Shown here piece by piece: positions 18,578 to 30,637 of a DNA stretch of 48,025 nucleotides (its first letter is position 1; every line of letters begins with the position of its first letter). The notes under the pieces were generated by a model. The model did no database searches, was not told the DNA's origin, and worked only from the letters and a program-made list of their open reading frames with translations. A program made the position numbers and the translations under genes. Source of the stretch: a virus. The stretch lies in the UHGV virus genome UHGV-0268865; one strand, given 5' to 3'.

Positions 18578-20058
18578 TACTGTACCTCCACGCTGTTAAC
18601 GGTGATACCCTGGATGATCCCGCCGTCGGTGTACCAGAAGTAAACCGTTGGCTTGGTACGCGCGGCGCGCATTGCTGGGGTGAACGGACCGATGTAGACG
18701 TAATACCCTTCGGCCAGAAGCGAATCCGTAACATCAACGCCAGTGATGGCGTTAATCTGGTCGATCTGCGACTGGTCAAGATCGGTGCCCGCCGTCATAC
18801 CGCCCCACGTCCTGAATTGCTCAATGGTCGGCTTCATGCACGACTCAATGCGAGCTTTTCCGGCAGCCGCGAAGGGCAGATTGCTCGCCTGCTGGAACAG
18901 CACAACAAGAGCCGCCTGCAGCTGAGCATTCACCCATACCTGACCCGCCCAGGCGTCAAGCCAGGCATAATCACCGGTAATAGAGCCGGGCGCCCACTGA
19001 TTGGTTTCGACGGCATTCGAGGCATAGTTGCCGTAGAAGTTATAGCCGTTAGCCTTGGCAGCCTCGTAATCAGTATCGTTACTGATCATCGGCAACAGGC
19101 CGGACACCTGACGGCCATTCAGCGAACAGCGCCCATTGGCCTGCGTGAAGTTCAGCGCGGCCACAAACCCCATCGCGTTTGCTGCGTGGTTCGGGTAACC
19201 ATACACGGGGCAGGTATCGTTGTAGGCGTAGGTGTTGATGATGTCATACACCAGTGCATTCGAGCTGCCCGCCACGATTGCCGTTCCTGATGCGTCCCAT
19301 GGGACATAGGCAAAGCGGTGGTTCTGGCTGTTTGCCCAGAGCGCAAACGCATTAGCCTGGTCTTTGGTTACAGCGAACGTCGTGGAGAATGTTACCCAGT
19401 CCTGCTCTTTGGCAAGAATGGCAGTAAAGATATCGTCAACTACTGCCGGCGCAGCGCCCTGGGAAATTACCGCGCCAGTCGCCTCGGTAAGCTTGAGGCC
19501 AGCGGCCAGTGTGCCGTCATCGGCGAAGGTGATCGAACTCTCTGAGCCGGTGGTGGCAGAGGTGATGATAAATTTCTTCAGCACGCTATCCCAGGTCACC
19601 ACAACCGAGGAGCCAATACCGGTTTCAATCAGCTCTGCCGCGTTATCAAAACTGGTCACGCCGCTGAGGTTGATAGCCGCTGAAGTCTCCTCCGTACCGT
19701 CGACGGTCAGAGTCAGCGTGCCGTTCAGCAACTTGAGCTGTGCCAGCGTGGTCGCGGCATGCGATCCGGAACGAAGGAATGCAGCCACTGCCGCAGTATT
19801 GAATCGGCTAAAATACAGCTTGCCGGGCATCTGCGTTTTGCCGTTGAAGGCGGCGAAATACAGCACCGCGGCGGTGTACTCAATCGACGCGCTGCCGAAG
19901 TACGCCTTTACCTCATCCGCACTGGAAAATGAGGGTACTGCACCAACCGGCGCGTATGCGCTGTCGGTCAGGAACAGGCCATTGAGATCAATAGCCGTCC
20001 CTGTCGCCTTCAGTACGCCGGGAAGCATCTGGGCGATTTTTGATAGCGAAATTGCCAT
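18577..20058 (-). CDS. Tail sheath protein
   Basis: 493 aa, sheath-like (resembles DUF3383), followed by a tube gene. Confidence 0.55.
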   Translation of the reverse strand: MAISLSKIAQMLPGVLKATGTAIDLNGLFLTDSAYAPVGAVPSFSSADEVKAYFGSASIEYTAAVLYFAAFNGKTQMPGKLYFSRFNTAAVAAFLRSGSHAATTLAQLKLLNGTLTLTVDGTEETSAAINLSGVTSFDNAAELIETGIGSSVVVTWDSVLKKFIITSATTGSESSITFADDGTLAAGLKLTEATGAVISQGAAPAVVDDIFTAILAKEQDWVTFSTTFAVTKDQANAFALWANSQNHRFAYVPWDASGTAIVAGSSNALVYDIINTYAYNDTCPVYGYPNHAANAMGFVAALNFTQANGRCSLNGRQVSGLLPMISNDTDYEAAKANGYNFYGNYASNAVETNQWAPGSITGDYAWLDAWAGQVWVNAQLQAALVVLFQQASNLPFAAAGKARIESCMKPTIEQFRTWGGMTAGTDLDQSQIDQINAITGVDVTDSLLAEGYYVYIGPFTPAMRAARTKPTVYFWYTDGGIIQGITVNSVEVQ

Positions 20059-20061
20059 TTA

Positions 20062-20613
20062 TTATTTCTCCGGAGGAAATCTCACGTCGACCGGCTGCGA
20101 TATCACATCTGCGCCTGTCATAAACTGCTGAGGAACGCTGACGACAATCAGCGGGTTTGCGTGGAATTCAAGCGTCCAGCGGGATTCCCACTGTTTCTCG
20201 CCGTTGATCATCGAGGTTTGCCGCGGTGGGCCGGAATAAAGCGGCACCAGGACATTCGCATTTTCCCTGAACCAGGTGCATGCGAATTCAGAGCGTGCGA
20301 TGCGCGAAAAGATGGTGGCATTGTTTTGCGCCTGATCCCCGTAGAAATCGAGCTGACACTGCCATTCATCAACGCGGCGAAGTTCTGCCCGCCCGTAATC
20401 ACTGACGCCGTCATACTCGTAATCAACAGCACTGGTTGAGAGGTCAGTCAAAAAAAGCGGAGTCATGGTAATGAAACCGCCTTTCGGCATTGGGGTTTGG
20501 TTTTGCTGTGTCTGCGTGACTTCTGCGTCCGGGAAAAGAGCTGAAAGGAAATCGCCGGTCGCCTTAAACAGATCGCTTTCAGTGACCTGCAGGCCTACGT
20601 CAATTGTTGACAT
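20062..20613 (-). CDS. Tail completion or hypothetical structural protein
   Basis: Position between the head-tail joining genes and the sheath. Confidence 0.4.
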   Translation of the reverse strand: MSTIDVGLQVTESDLFKATGDFLSALFPDAEVTQTQQNQTPMPKGGFITMTPLFLTDLSTSAVDYEYDGVSDYGRAELRRVDEWQCQLDFYGDQAQNNATIFSRIARSEFACTWFRENANVLVPLYSGPPRQTSMINGEKQWESRWTLEFHANPLIVVSVPQQFMTGADVISQPVDVRFPPEK

Positions 20614-20963
20614 GCGATAACCCTCGTCCAGTCCGGCCAGACTTCAGGAACAGCCACAACCAGCCATGTTTCATTGCCGATAACGAACTTATCCCCACCC
20701 TGCTGCCGATCCCTGTTAATCCCGCACCAGTTGCCATCCGTCCAGATGCTGACCAGTACACCCTGGATATTCATGTTATCCATGTGTCTGATATCTTCCT
20801 GACTTAACGCCTGCTTCTGCACCATCATCGTCACTGGCGGATCGAAACCAGGCGAGGTCGAATAATCTGGGTTTTTGACGGGCCCGGATGAGCGATAAAT
20901 TTGCGCTTCGACGCGAGGATTGACCGCGCTAATGGCGCTGCGCACTATGGAATGCAGATTCAC
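20595..20963 (-). CDS. Head-tail joining protein
   Basis: Position. Confidence 0.4.
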   Translation of the reverse strand: MNLHSIVRSAISAVNPRVEAQIYRSSGPVKNPDYSTSPGFDPPVTMMVQKQALSQEDIRHMDNMNIQGVLVSIWTDGNWCGINRDRQQGGDKFVIGNETWLVVAVPEVWPDWTRVIACQQLT

Positions 20964-21523
20964 TCTTTCACCTCGTAGTCGACCGAGTTCAGCATGTGAG
21001 CGGAGTCGATTAACGGGTCATTAAACCCTTTTTTGTCGACCGTGCTTTTTGCGTTCGGCGGTTCAGAAAAGGCGATGATTGACGACTGAATCTGCCCCTT
21101 AATCCGCTCCCCCATCAGAGCCAGGCTTTTTCTGGCGTCAAAATCGTTGGCCTTCATGAGTTTCCCAAGTTCCCCGCCCCACTCCGGCCCATGTTCGGAA
21201 ATGGTCTTCCTGAAGTACGGTCGGGATGGGATCGTAACGATATGCTCGGGTATCATTACTGACTGCGCGAAATTGGCCTTCGATGGCTTTGCGAAGCGCG
21301 AAACGCCGTCGCGGCGAACGTAAAAGTTCAAATCCCTGGTATGCGCCGGGATTTTTACCGTACCGCCGAATTCGTTGGTGGCCGCCACAAGCGCTACCGC
21401 CGTCCCGTCGGGGTACCTAGCCCCCTCAAGGAAACCAACCTTTAAATCATCGCCAGAGGACAGCCCCTTTGCGATCGACTTCAGGTGCTCCATCAGCTTG
21501 TCGCCGCCTGACATTCCATCCAT
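20960..21523 (-). CDS. Hypothetical structural protein
   Basis: Position; ATGA-coupled. Confidence 0.4.
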   Translation of the reverse strand: MDGMSGGDKLMEHLKSIAKGLSSGDDLKVGFLEGARYPDGTAVALVAATNEFGGTVKIPAHTRDLNFYVRRDGVSRFAKPSKANFAQSVMIPEHIVTIPSRPYFRKTISEHGPEWGGELGKLMKANDFDARKSLALMGERIKGQIQSSIIAFSEPPNAKSTVDKKGFNDPLIDSAHMLNSVDYEVKE

Positions 21524-21525
21524 AG

Positions 21526-21969
21526 CTACCTCCGGATGAATGAACGGCGGTTGTAATGCCCCGGGTACATAGAAGGGGATGAGCCAGGGACATAAAACCC
21601 GGTTCTGTAAGGCTTAGTAGCCTCCCAGTAAGCTGAACCGTAAGTGGTCTGCTTATACCACCAGGAGCTTTCGCTTGAGGGTCCTGCGTCAGCTGATACT
21701 GACACTGAACCCTCCGATGCGCTTGCCACACGACCAACCAGACCAGAAGCCTTTTCGCCGTTTACGCCTGAATTCAGCGCAGCAATGTGCGCAACCAGCA
21801 TATTCAGGAAAAGAGCCCGGATAGAGATATCTTTTACCGGGCTGCTGTCCGTGTTATTCAGGTAAATCGTTGCCTCCGTGAAGTACGCATTAAGCAGCGT
21901 TTCACTTACGGCATCGAACTCCGGATAACGCTCACGAAATGCGGCAACATCAAAGACAACGATCGCCAT
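21526..21969 (-). CDS. Head-tail connector (DUF4054-like)
   Basis: Position after the capsid genes; size. Confidence 0.4.
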   Translation of the reverse strand: MAIVVFDVAAFRERYPEFDAVSETLLNAYFTEATIYLNNTDSSPVKDISIRALFLNMLVAHIAALNSGVNGEKASGLVGRVASASEGSVSVSADAGPSSESSWWYKQTTYGSAYWEATKPYRTGFYVPGSSPSMYPGHYNRRSFIRR

Positions 21970-22295
21970 TATTTTTTGTCCGCCTTCTCAATGCCCGGGG
22001 CCGGATTGTTCTGATCCAGACCTTCCAGACCGGTTTTCTCCGAAGCGTTTTCATTCGCTTTCGCCTGGGCGCTGCTGGTTTTCGCCTGGGCAAACACCAG
22101 CTCTTTAAGAACGTATGGCTGATCAGCATGTACTGCCAGCCACGCCTCAAAGGCTTCCTTGTCTACGTTTTCGGTCAGGCCGTAGCCGCCGACAACGATA
22201 GAGGAGTTGGAGCCGTTAAGCTCCACTTTGTACCCGCCCTGCTCCAGGATCAGGCCGTTCGGCAGTTTGCATCCTACAGTTACTGTTTCGGCCAT
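21969..22295 (-). CDS. Small structural protein
   Basis: Lies immediately downstream of the major capsid gene. Confidence 0.4.
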   Translation of the reverse strand: MAETVTVGCKLPNGLILEQGGYKVELNGSNSSIVVGGYGLTENVDKEAFEAWLAVHADQPYVLKELVFAQAKTSSAQAKANENASEKTGLEGLDQNNPAPGIEKADKK

Positions 22296-22296
22296 G

Positions 22297-23334
22297 TTAC
22301 ACCCCGATCATGCTGGCAATACCCAGCGGTTGACGAATGATTGCACCCCAGGTGCCACCAGATTTTTTCTGACGCCAGGAAGACTCTTCCACCACGACAG
22401 CGTGGGCGCGCATCTTCTCGGTGAATGCTGCGTAAGCGGTGTCCTGCTCACCCAGACGCTCAACAATCAGCTGCACAAGCTCGCCCGCGTCGGTGCTGTA
22501 TTCAACAGCGGTTTCGATACGCATGTTCGGGAAGTTTTTCTTCAGCTGATCGGTGACGTTCACGTTGTACTGGTTCGTCTTGGTCAGGTTGACTTCCATT
22601 TCCGGCGACATGCCGAGAACCATGCGATCGGTGCGCTCTACGAGGCCTTTGGTCTGAGAGACCAGCTGCTTATAGAGGCGACCGGAAATGTCGTCATATA
22701 CAGCTTGCCCGTCTTTCGTTGCCCAGGTAACGCTCCCGCCGGAACCAGTCGCCGCCGGCGTCACCGGAGCGCTCAGCGACGGATCGTTGAGCAGACCGTG
22801 GTTTTCCAGCCCGGCGATGCCGTAGAAGTAGGACTTGTTCTGGAACTTGTTCAGCACAAGCGCAGAGGCCACGTTGAGCTCTGCGGCATAGCCGATACGC
22901 CCGGCTCCGTACATGTCCAGCTCGCGCTCACCCCAGCGGGTGTGAGTCTGATAGTGGAACGACTGGCGTGGCACCCAGTTGACGTTGGCGGACGTCATGC
23001 CGTTGTTGTTGAAGTCGCCGTAAGCGCTGGTTTCACCAGTCGACTCGACGATCGGGAACTGCGAGGTCAGCGTAGTCCAGTCGCCTTTTTTCACTTCACC
23101 GATAATCTCTGCGGCCTTCATCGGCGTTACGAGAACGCGGATAAGTTCCGGATCGACGTAGTTAGTGAAGTAGGCCGGGATACCGGCGTTATTCGCAGTA
23201 ACCATTTGCGGCTGGGCATCCATCGCCAGCGCGAAATTCTCCGCAAACTCCGGCTTCAGGTAGTCCTTCGCGCCGGGCAGCACAATGCCATATTTCCCGC
23301 TGGCTGCGGCGTAGTGTCGCTGAAATTCGTTCAT
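22297..23334 (-). CDS. Major capsid protein
   Basis: 345 aa, follows the protease/scaffold gene; resembles the DUF2184 capsid family that travels with DUF1073 portals. Confidence 0.65.
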   Translation of the reverse strand: MNEFQRHYAAASGKYGIVLPGAKDYLKPEFAENFALAMDAQPQMVTANNAGIPAYFTNYVDPELIRVLVTPMKAAEIIGEVKKGDWTTLTSQFPIVESTGETSAYGDFNNNGMTSANVNWVPRQSFHYQTHTRWGERELDMYGAGRIGYAAELNVASALVLNKFQNKSYFYGIAGLENHGLLNDPSLSAPVTPAATGSGGSVTWATKDGQAVYDDISGRLYKQLVSQTKGLVERTDRMVLGMSPEMEVNLTKTNQYNVNVTDQLKKNFPNMRIETAVEYSTDAGELVQLIVERLGEQDTAYAAFTEKMRAHAVVVEESSWRQKKSGGTWGAIIRQPLGIASMIGV

Positions 23335-23816
23335 TACTTGCTCCAGGTGCTGATTTTGACCAGCTCGCCAGCGTCACAATCGCTTGCGGCATAGAATGCG
23401 GTCTCGATAAAACCGGACACGGTTGCGCCGGCTGCGGCGACTTGCACCTCACCGGTGGTCAGGGATGCAAAAACCTTCTGCCCCCGGGTGGCAGCGGTTG
23501 ACGTTTTGGCCCAGAAGTCACCGGCTACCATCAGGGTGATTTCACGACCGGGCTGGATAAGCATGGATGCCTGACCCAGCCAAACGGTGATCGAGGCCTG
23601 ACCATCACGATGGACAAAGCCAGACGGAACACCGCTACCGGCATTGGAAGCCACACCGTCAACATCCCAGGCAAAGCGGCCGACAGTCAGGCCGTCATTG
23701 CCAGCAACCAGAGCGCCCTCGCCAGCCTGATAGGTCGCGTGAGGGTTGGTGCCAGCAAAGGCCCCTTCGACACCGGGGGCCGGATACTGGTTAATTCGTG
23801 TCTGAAAACCTGCCAT
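23334..23816 (-). CDS. Head decoration or cement protein (putative)
   Basis: Gly/Ala-rich 160-aa protein between the scaffold/protease and capsid genes. Confidence 0.4.
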   Translation of the reverse strand: MAGFQTRINQYPAPGVEGAFAGTNPHATYQAGEGALVAGNDGLTVGRFAWDVDGVASNAGSGVPSGFVHRDGQASITVWLGQASMLIQPGREITLMVAGDFWAKTSTAATRGQKVFASLTTGEVQVAAAGATVSGFIETAFYAASDCDAGELVKISTWSK

Positions 23817-23817
23817 G

Positions 23818-25647
<1,830 letters not shown>

Positions 25648-25654
25648 TTATGGC

Positions 25655-25685
25655 AATAAAAAAGGCCGCCTTAGCGACCTTGATT
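25655..25685 (-). terminator. Possible weak terminator between the head morphogenesis and ART-scaffold genes
   Basis: Imperfect hairpin AGGTCGC-TAAG-GCGGCCT followed by a T-run. Confidence 0.3.
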
Positions 25686-25697
25686 GATTTTGATTAT

Positions 25698-26486
25698 TTA
25701 CGATAGGCCTGGTATTACTGGTGACCAGGTGCAACGGCAATTGATTTCCTCTCCAGGCATCACCCATTTACCATCCAGATACATTCCCTTGCTTAGCTCA
25801 AACACCTTTCCATCAGCTTTAACGTGGGATGGTCGCGGCTCTTTGCCAGCATGGGAGTGCTTCCATATACCCTGGGTAATGCCTAGCGCCTGCTGTCGCG
25901 CAGACTGAACGACTGAGGTGGCCTTATTGTTCTGATCTCGGGCAATGAACGCCGCACGGCGCCGGGTAATCCCGTATCGCTTCTGGAGTTCATCGGTGAG
26001 ATAGGACAGGTCGCGCCCACGCGCTACCGACCGCATAACCAGACCTTCCACCTCAGTGAAATACTTCTCGGGTATGGATCGGATAAGGCCGACATTCTCA
26101 GCGATGGTCGCCTGAAGAGCGTTATTCATCTGCGAGGTCATCTTGAACTCGACAGTAAACCCCGCATCTTTGAAGGCTGTGGCCAGTGACGCATCCGCGT
26201 TTTTCATGGCGTCGTTAGCGAACCTGTCGGCCAGCTTTTGCGCCATGTCATCAAACCGCCGCTTCCAGCGCTTCACCAGCTTATTCATCGCCTTGCGCAT
26301 AACATCAGCTGGAGATTCATCCATGGCTACAGCAGCGCCGCTGGCCCGATAGTTTGCCGACAGCCAGTAGACAACAGATGCCTGCATTTCCTGCACCTGC
26401 TTATCAAGCTGTCGGCGGTACCATGCTTCGACGCCAGCGTTAGGCCTGATAGGCCGGATAGTTTTTGGCTTTTTCTTTCCGGTCAT
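25698..26486 (-). CDS. Head morphogenesis protein (Mu gpF / SPP1 gp7 family)
   Basis: 262 aa immediately after the portal; characteristic C-terminal NCRCT segment. Confidence 0.7.
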   Translation of the reverse strand: MTGKKKPKTIRPIRPNAGVEAWYRRQLDKQVQEMQASVVYWLSANYRASGAAVAMDESPADVMRKAMNKLVKRWKRRFDDMAQKLADRFANDAMKNADASLATAFKDAGFTVEFKMTSQMNNALQATIAENVGLIRSIPEKYFTEVEGLVMRSVARGRDLSYLTDELQKRYGITRRRAAFIARDQNNKATSVVQSARQQALGITQGIWKHSHAGKEPRPSHVKADGKVFELSKGMYLDGKWVMPGEEINCRCTWSPVIPGLS

Positions 26487-26495
26487 CAGGAATTC

Positions 26496-28442
26496 CTATA
26501 TTGGCTTAAACTCCTCTCCATCTAGACGAATAACCTTGATGGGTAGCGGAGTATCTTTCAGCTTTTGCAAGTCGCCATTTTCGGGGTTGTATTTAATGGA
26601 AAGATGAGCGCGATATTCTGGGTATGAATGTTCTGCACCAGAGGCCTTCAGCTCCGCAAAACGCTTTTGCAGGTCAGGGCTTTCAAGATGCATAACCAAG
26701 GCTCGCCAAGGCTCCTTGCCCATAATTTCGATATCGCCACTAATTTGTGCCTCATAAACCCTAACAGGGTCAGCATCTACCGTGATTGGCTTGTTGCGTG
26801 AGTACATGAGCGTTACATGCATGTCACTCGGGGCGATTAAATTATTTATGCCAAGAGATTCAAGGTGCGAATATATGGCAGACGCCGTTTCTGCATCGGG
26901 CTTAACACTTGCATACCCATTCATCTGATTCGAGTCATTAGCTGTCACGGTGGGCTCTTCCTCTTCGTCGTAGTCGCCTTCGATTTCGAGGTCATCATTC
27001 AGGTCCAGAGAGTGATAGGGCGAATCCGGGTCACCGGCAATTTTTTCACGGACTTCGTTGCCGGATAGCACGCCTGCACTGACATAAGCGGCATCCGTTT
27101 CAGCGTCAAGCTTGCGAATTTCCGCCCGCTCTTTAGCGCTCATTTCGTACAGCGGCTCAAAGTCGAAGGTTATGCCTTCGTCAATGTCCCCGAACTCAGA
27201 TAGCTGAATGATGTCCATCACACGCTTCAGGTTGTCTTTAAAAACAGCCTGCTGCAGGGCATGGATATAGTCATAGAAAACCCGGATTTCGCCTTCAGAA
27301 GATGCATTCAAGCCGCTTGGAGTGATCCCTGCATATTTAACGAGAGGCTCGCTTGATGGTACGCATAGTTGTTCAAAAGCCTGCGCTTGCAACCCATCAA
27401 GGCCAGCTATAGGAGCGCTGACAAACTGCACGGTCTCCGGTTTGTTCGGATCGTTATTGACAGCGAACGCCCCTCGGTTATCTCGGCACTGGTTCATGAT
27501 CTGCAGGCGAGAAATCAGGGTATCCGCTGCGCCACCTGTCAGGATTTGGCTCATATCCGTACTGAAAACCGGTATCGAGTAGGAGTGGATCATGTCGCTG
27601 ACGCTGTCGCGGGTACGAAGCCAGTTATTGACGTAAGGCTCGGCGATCTGTGAAAGAGACAGGCCGCGGAAGTTATACGACGCTTTCAGCAGATCAGGAA
27701 CCTGCCGCGAGACGAAATCAATCATCCGGCTTGCATGTACGGTCCGTCCCATGACAAACCACTGCGTCGGCTTGTAGAAATCCGGGCTCAGCGGGTTGTC
27801 GGAGTTATAAATCCCCGGATAGGTCCAGATAGGCTCAATGACCCTGAACCCCTGCAGGCTGCCTTTCGTGATCTTCTTGTCGCTCATGAAGAGCTTCGAT
27901 TGCAGCTCGTTGTCATCCATCCATGCGGAGATGCCCCGTGGCGAACGAACATCGATATAAATCTGCCCACCGCCGAAGTAGCCGTCATGCTCTGCGGCTT
28001 CTTTAAAGCGCTCGCGCACCTTAAACCGCTTCATGGCCTCTTCGAGCTGTTTTACCCGATCCGCCTTGTCTTCATCGCCGACAGTTTTGAGCTTTATCCA
28101 TTTGCGGGTCATTTCTTCCGCGATGGTGCCAACCATCTTGCGATATTCAGGCTTTTGCGCCAGCGTGGCCAGGTACGGATAGCCCGGGAAGCTATCAAAG
28201 TCACCGTAGCCGTAACCGCCATACGCAGCATTGAGAGCATCGTAAGGCGTGGAGTCCATTGCCAGAATGGCGCTTTTGATAGCCTCGGGGATCACCCCTT
28301 TCGGCGGCTCGTAGCGCTGAAACTCTCTTTTCGGTAATGCGCGGACTTCGGCAACTGCCTCTGGCCTGACCCCGACCTTCGGTGCTTCAGGTTCTTTTGC
28401 CGGCTCAGGCGCGGCGACTTCTTTCTTTTTAAACCACCACAC
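26496..28442 (-). CDS. Portal protein (DUF1073-like) with a C-terminal 2H phosphoesterase domain
   Basis: Portal-like N-terminal 500 aa; the C-terminal 145 aa carry two H-x-T/S-x motifs (MHVTLMY and AHLSIKY) 76 aa apart, as in LigT/CPDase/Acb1 2H enzymes. Confidence 0.7.
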   Translation of the reverse strand: MWWFKKKEVAAPEPAKEPEAPKVGVRPEAVAEVRALPKREFQRYEPPKGVIPEAIKSAILAMDSTPYDALNAAYGGYGYGDFDSFPGYPYLATLAQKPEYRKMVGTIAEEMTRKWIKLKTVGDEDKADRVKQLEEAMKRFKVRERFKEAAEHDGYFGGGQIYIDVRSPRGISAWMDDNELQSKLFMSDKKITKGSLQGFRVIEPIWTYPGIYNSDNPLSPDFYKPTQWFVMGRTVHASRMIDFVSRQVPDLLKASYNFRGLSLSQIAEPYVNNWLRTRDSVSDMIHSYSIPVFSTDMSQILTGGAADTLISRLQIMNQCRDNRGAFAVNNDPNKPETVQFVSAPIAGLDGLQAQAFEQLCVPSSEPLVKYAGITPSGLNASSEGEIRVFYDYIHALQQAVFKDNLKRVMDIIQLSEFGDIDEGITFDFEPLYEMSAKERAEIRKLDAETDAAYVSAGVLSGNEVREKIAGDPDSPYHSLDLNDDLEIEGDYDEEEEPTVTANDSNQMNGYASVKPDAETASAIYSHLESLGINNLIAPSDMHVTLMYSRNKPITVDADPVRVYEAQISGDIEIMGKEPWRALVMHLESPDLQKRFAELKASGAEHSYPEYRAHLSIKYNPENGDLQKLKDTPLPIKVIRLDGEEFKPI

Positions 28443-30119
28443 TTAAATTCTCCTGAGTTGATTCGGGTCGATAACCATCGGCTGCGGGCCGGAAATCAGG
28501 TTGTCGTCGATTGCGTCCATCCAGGTATCGAGGATGTCGTCGTTGTCGTGACTGTCATCAGCGGAGAAAGCAGCGCATTCCGTCATCGCCGTCAGCACCC
28601 ACTCCGTTGAGCCTGCGATCGTGCCGTCCTCGTAGAAGATGCTGGAAAGCTTCTGTCCGTCTTCGGTGTGCGTCGCGGGGACAAACACTTTCCCGGTTTT
28701 GATTTGGGGGATGACGTTAAGGCAGCGAACGAGCTTGTTCTGCCCGGTGCCGCGCGGGATTTCCCTCACCGGGATGGCGAGCTGCCCGGGGGTCTGACTA
28801 CGTTTTTTCAGCGTGGTGATGAGGCCCTGTCCTGCCTGCTTCTCTTCAATGGCCATATGACGCAGCGGCATGACCCGCATGGAGCCAGACAGGCGCCACT
28901 TTTCCCAAACCTCTTCCGCTTTCTTCAGGAGGTCTTCCGGGTCCCACCGTCCGCGAACGACGTCGATGATGTACAAATTCCCGTCCACGCCCATGCCAGC
29001 CAGCGTAAACACGGTGTAATCCAGCCAGTCCTCTACCTTCCCGCTGTTCGTATCGACGTACACGGCACGGTGCGTAAGTTTCGGCAGCGTGGTGTACGTT
29101 CTGAACCAGCTGGTGTCGATAATCCCGCCAGTCAGCGCCATCGGGTTTTGCTGGTATTGCGACAGAAAGGTATAGCGATCCTTTTCCCACAGTTGCAGGA
29201 GGTCGTTGACGTCCTCCATCTGCGGCCAGTAGGACCAGTATCGAACGCCACCAACGACCACAGAATCGGTATCTTTGACCGTTTCCCAGCAAAGCGAGCG
29301 CCATGGCTCATCGAGCGACTGGATGTACTTCTCGTCGATCATGGCCGGTATGGCGACATGGTGAAACGGCACGCCCATTCCGCCGGCAAGCATGAAGCCT
29401 GTTGCGTCGTCGGTGTGCAGACGCTGCTGAATGCTTACAAATGGCGTCGGGTGCTCTTTTGACTTATCGCCGCGGCGTGAGCGAATGGTGTTTACCAGCA
29501 GCGTATTCGCGCTTTTGCGCCGGGACTCGCTGAGCATGTCAACCGGCTTGTTGTAGTCGTCCAGCATTACCATGCCGGAGAACTCTGGTCCGTAGTAGCC
29601 ACCACGACCACCGGTGATCTGCCCGTTGCTTGAGCGCGATACCGTCTGCCCTATAGAGCGCCCTCGTTCGTCCTTTATCTCCCACTCTTCCGCCTGGTTG
29701 ACACCAAACGAGCATGGCCAGAATTCCTGATATTCGCGGCTGGCGATAATGTCGCGGGTACGCCGGCTGTTACGCTTTACCAGCGTGTCAGCAAAAGAGA
29801 TATTCAGGTTGCGAAAGCGTTTAAGCCACTTCTCCTGCACCAGCGCGTTGACATACGCCGGGAAGTGGATGGAGAAGAACTCAGTTTTCGTGCCGCCTGG
29901 CGGGATATTGATAATGAGATTTCGCGGGACAAGTTGCCCGGCAAGCAGATCATCAATTTTCGAAGCCATCAGGCGGTGATGCCAGTTAACCAGCAGCCGA
30001 TCGCCCTGAATCAGTTCGAACCATATTCGGGTGAAGTTCAGGAATGACTTCGTGGACTTTGAACGGATGATCACGCGCTCCGGGAATGACAGGTCATCCC
30101 ATTCGATAATTCCGCTCAT
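28443..30119 (-). CDS. terL: Terminase large subunit
   Basis: 558 aa; ATPase N-terminal region and nuclease C-terminal region typical of Terminase_6-type large subunits; adjacent to the small subunit and portal. Confidence 0.85.
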   Translation of the reverse strand: MSGIIEWDDLSFPERVIIRSKSTKSFLNFTRIWFELIQGDRLLVNWHHRLMASKIDDLLAGQLVPRNLIINIPPGGTKTEFFSIHFPAYVNALVQEKWLKRFRNLNISFADTLVKRNSRRTRDIIASREYQEFWPCSFGVNQAEEWEIKDERGRSIGQTVSRSSNGQITGGRGGYYGPEFSGMVMLDDYNKPVDMLSESRRKSANTLLVNTIRSRRGDKSKEHPTPFVSIQQRLHTDDATGFMLAGGMGVPFHHVAIPAMIDEKYIQSLDEPWRSLCWETVKDTDSVVVGGVRYWSYWPQMEDVNDLLQLWEKDRYTFLSQYQQNPMALTGGIIDTSWFRTYTTLPKLTHRAVYVDTNSGKVEDWLDYTVFTLAGMGVDGNLYIIDVVRGRWDPEDLLKKAEEVWEKWRLSGSMRVMPLRHMAIEEKQAGQGLITTLKKRSQTPGQLAIPVREIPRGTGQNKLVRCLNVIPQIKTGKVFVPATHTEDGQKLSSIFYEDGTIAGSTEWVLTAMTECAAFSADDSHDNDDILDTWMDAIDDNLISGPQPMVIDPNQLRRI

Positions 30120-30120
30120 A

Positions 30121-30606
30121 TCAGTCCAGCCCTTCTAACCTTCCCTCCAGCTTCTGCTGGGCCTTCGCATAGTCTTCAGCGGTGTACGTCACCTGATTCA
30201 GCGGGCCGCCGTCTTTACCGGTCAGCTCGACCTTTTGCTTGTTACTGTAGGCGTCCCCAACCTCTTTTGCCGCCTGCTCCAGTAACTGCGCTGTCATGCC
30301 GAGGTTTTTCATACCTTCGGCAGTCGTCGACATTCGCTGCAGTACGCGCAGACGATAGGCTTTGTTGGCGATCGGGATATCGGAAATTTCGTTGAGAAAG
30401 CGGTCGCGGGTAAGGTTAAAAATGTCGACCCATTTTTTGGCGAGAGTCTTCCCGCTAACCTTTGTCGGATCGTGTGTTTCGACCTGCTGCCGGGTTATGG
30501 CGATACCGAAATCTTTCTGGACGGCCTCGACCACCTGCGAAGGCGTGTCATAGCACGCAAGCATCTGAATGATGTAGGCTTTCACTTCTGGTTTTAGTGC
30601 AGCCAT
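30121..30606 (-). CDS. terS: Terminase small subunit (DUF2280-like)
   Basis: 161 aa immediately upstream of terL; N-terminal HTH-like region. Confidence 0.55.
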   Translation of the reverse strand: MAALKPEVKAYIIQMLACYDTPSQVVEAVQKDFGIAITRQQVETHDPTKVSGKTLAKKWVDIFNLTRDRFLNEISDIPIANKAYRLRVLQRMSTTAEGMKNLGMTAQLLEQAAKEVGDAYSNKQKVELTGKDGGPLNQVTYTAEDYAKAQQKLEGRLEGLD

Positions 30607-30637
30607 GTTTCACCATCCGTCCAGTACAGTCCAGTTA

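Noticed and set aside
22207-23394. 395-aa plus-strand ORF
   Set aside because: Antisense to the major capsid and decoration genes in a coherent minus-strand operon; high-GC antisense frames commonly stay open; no RBS.
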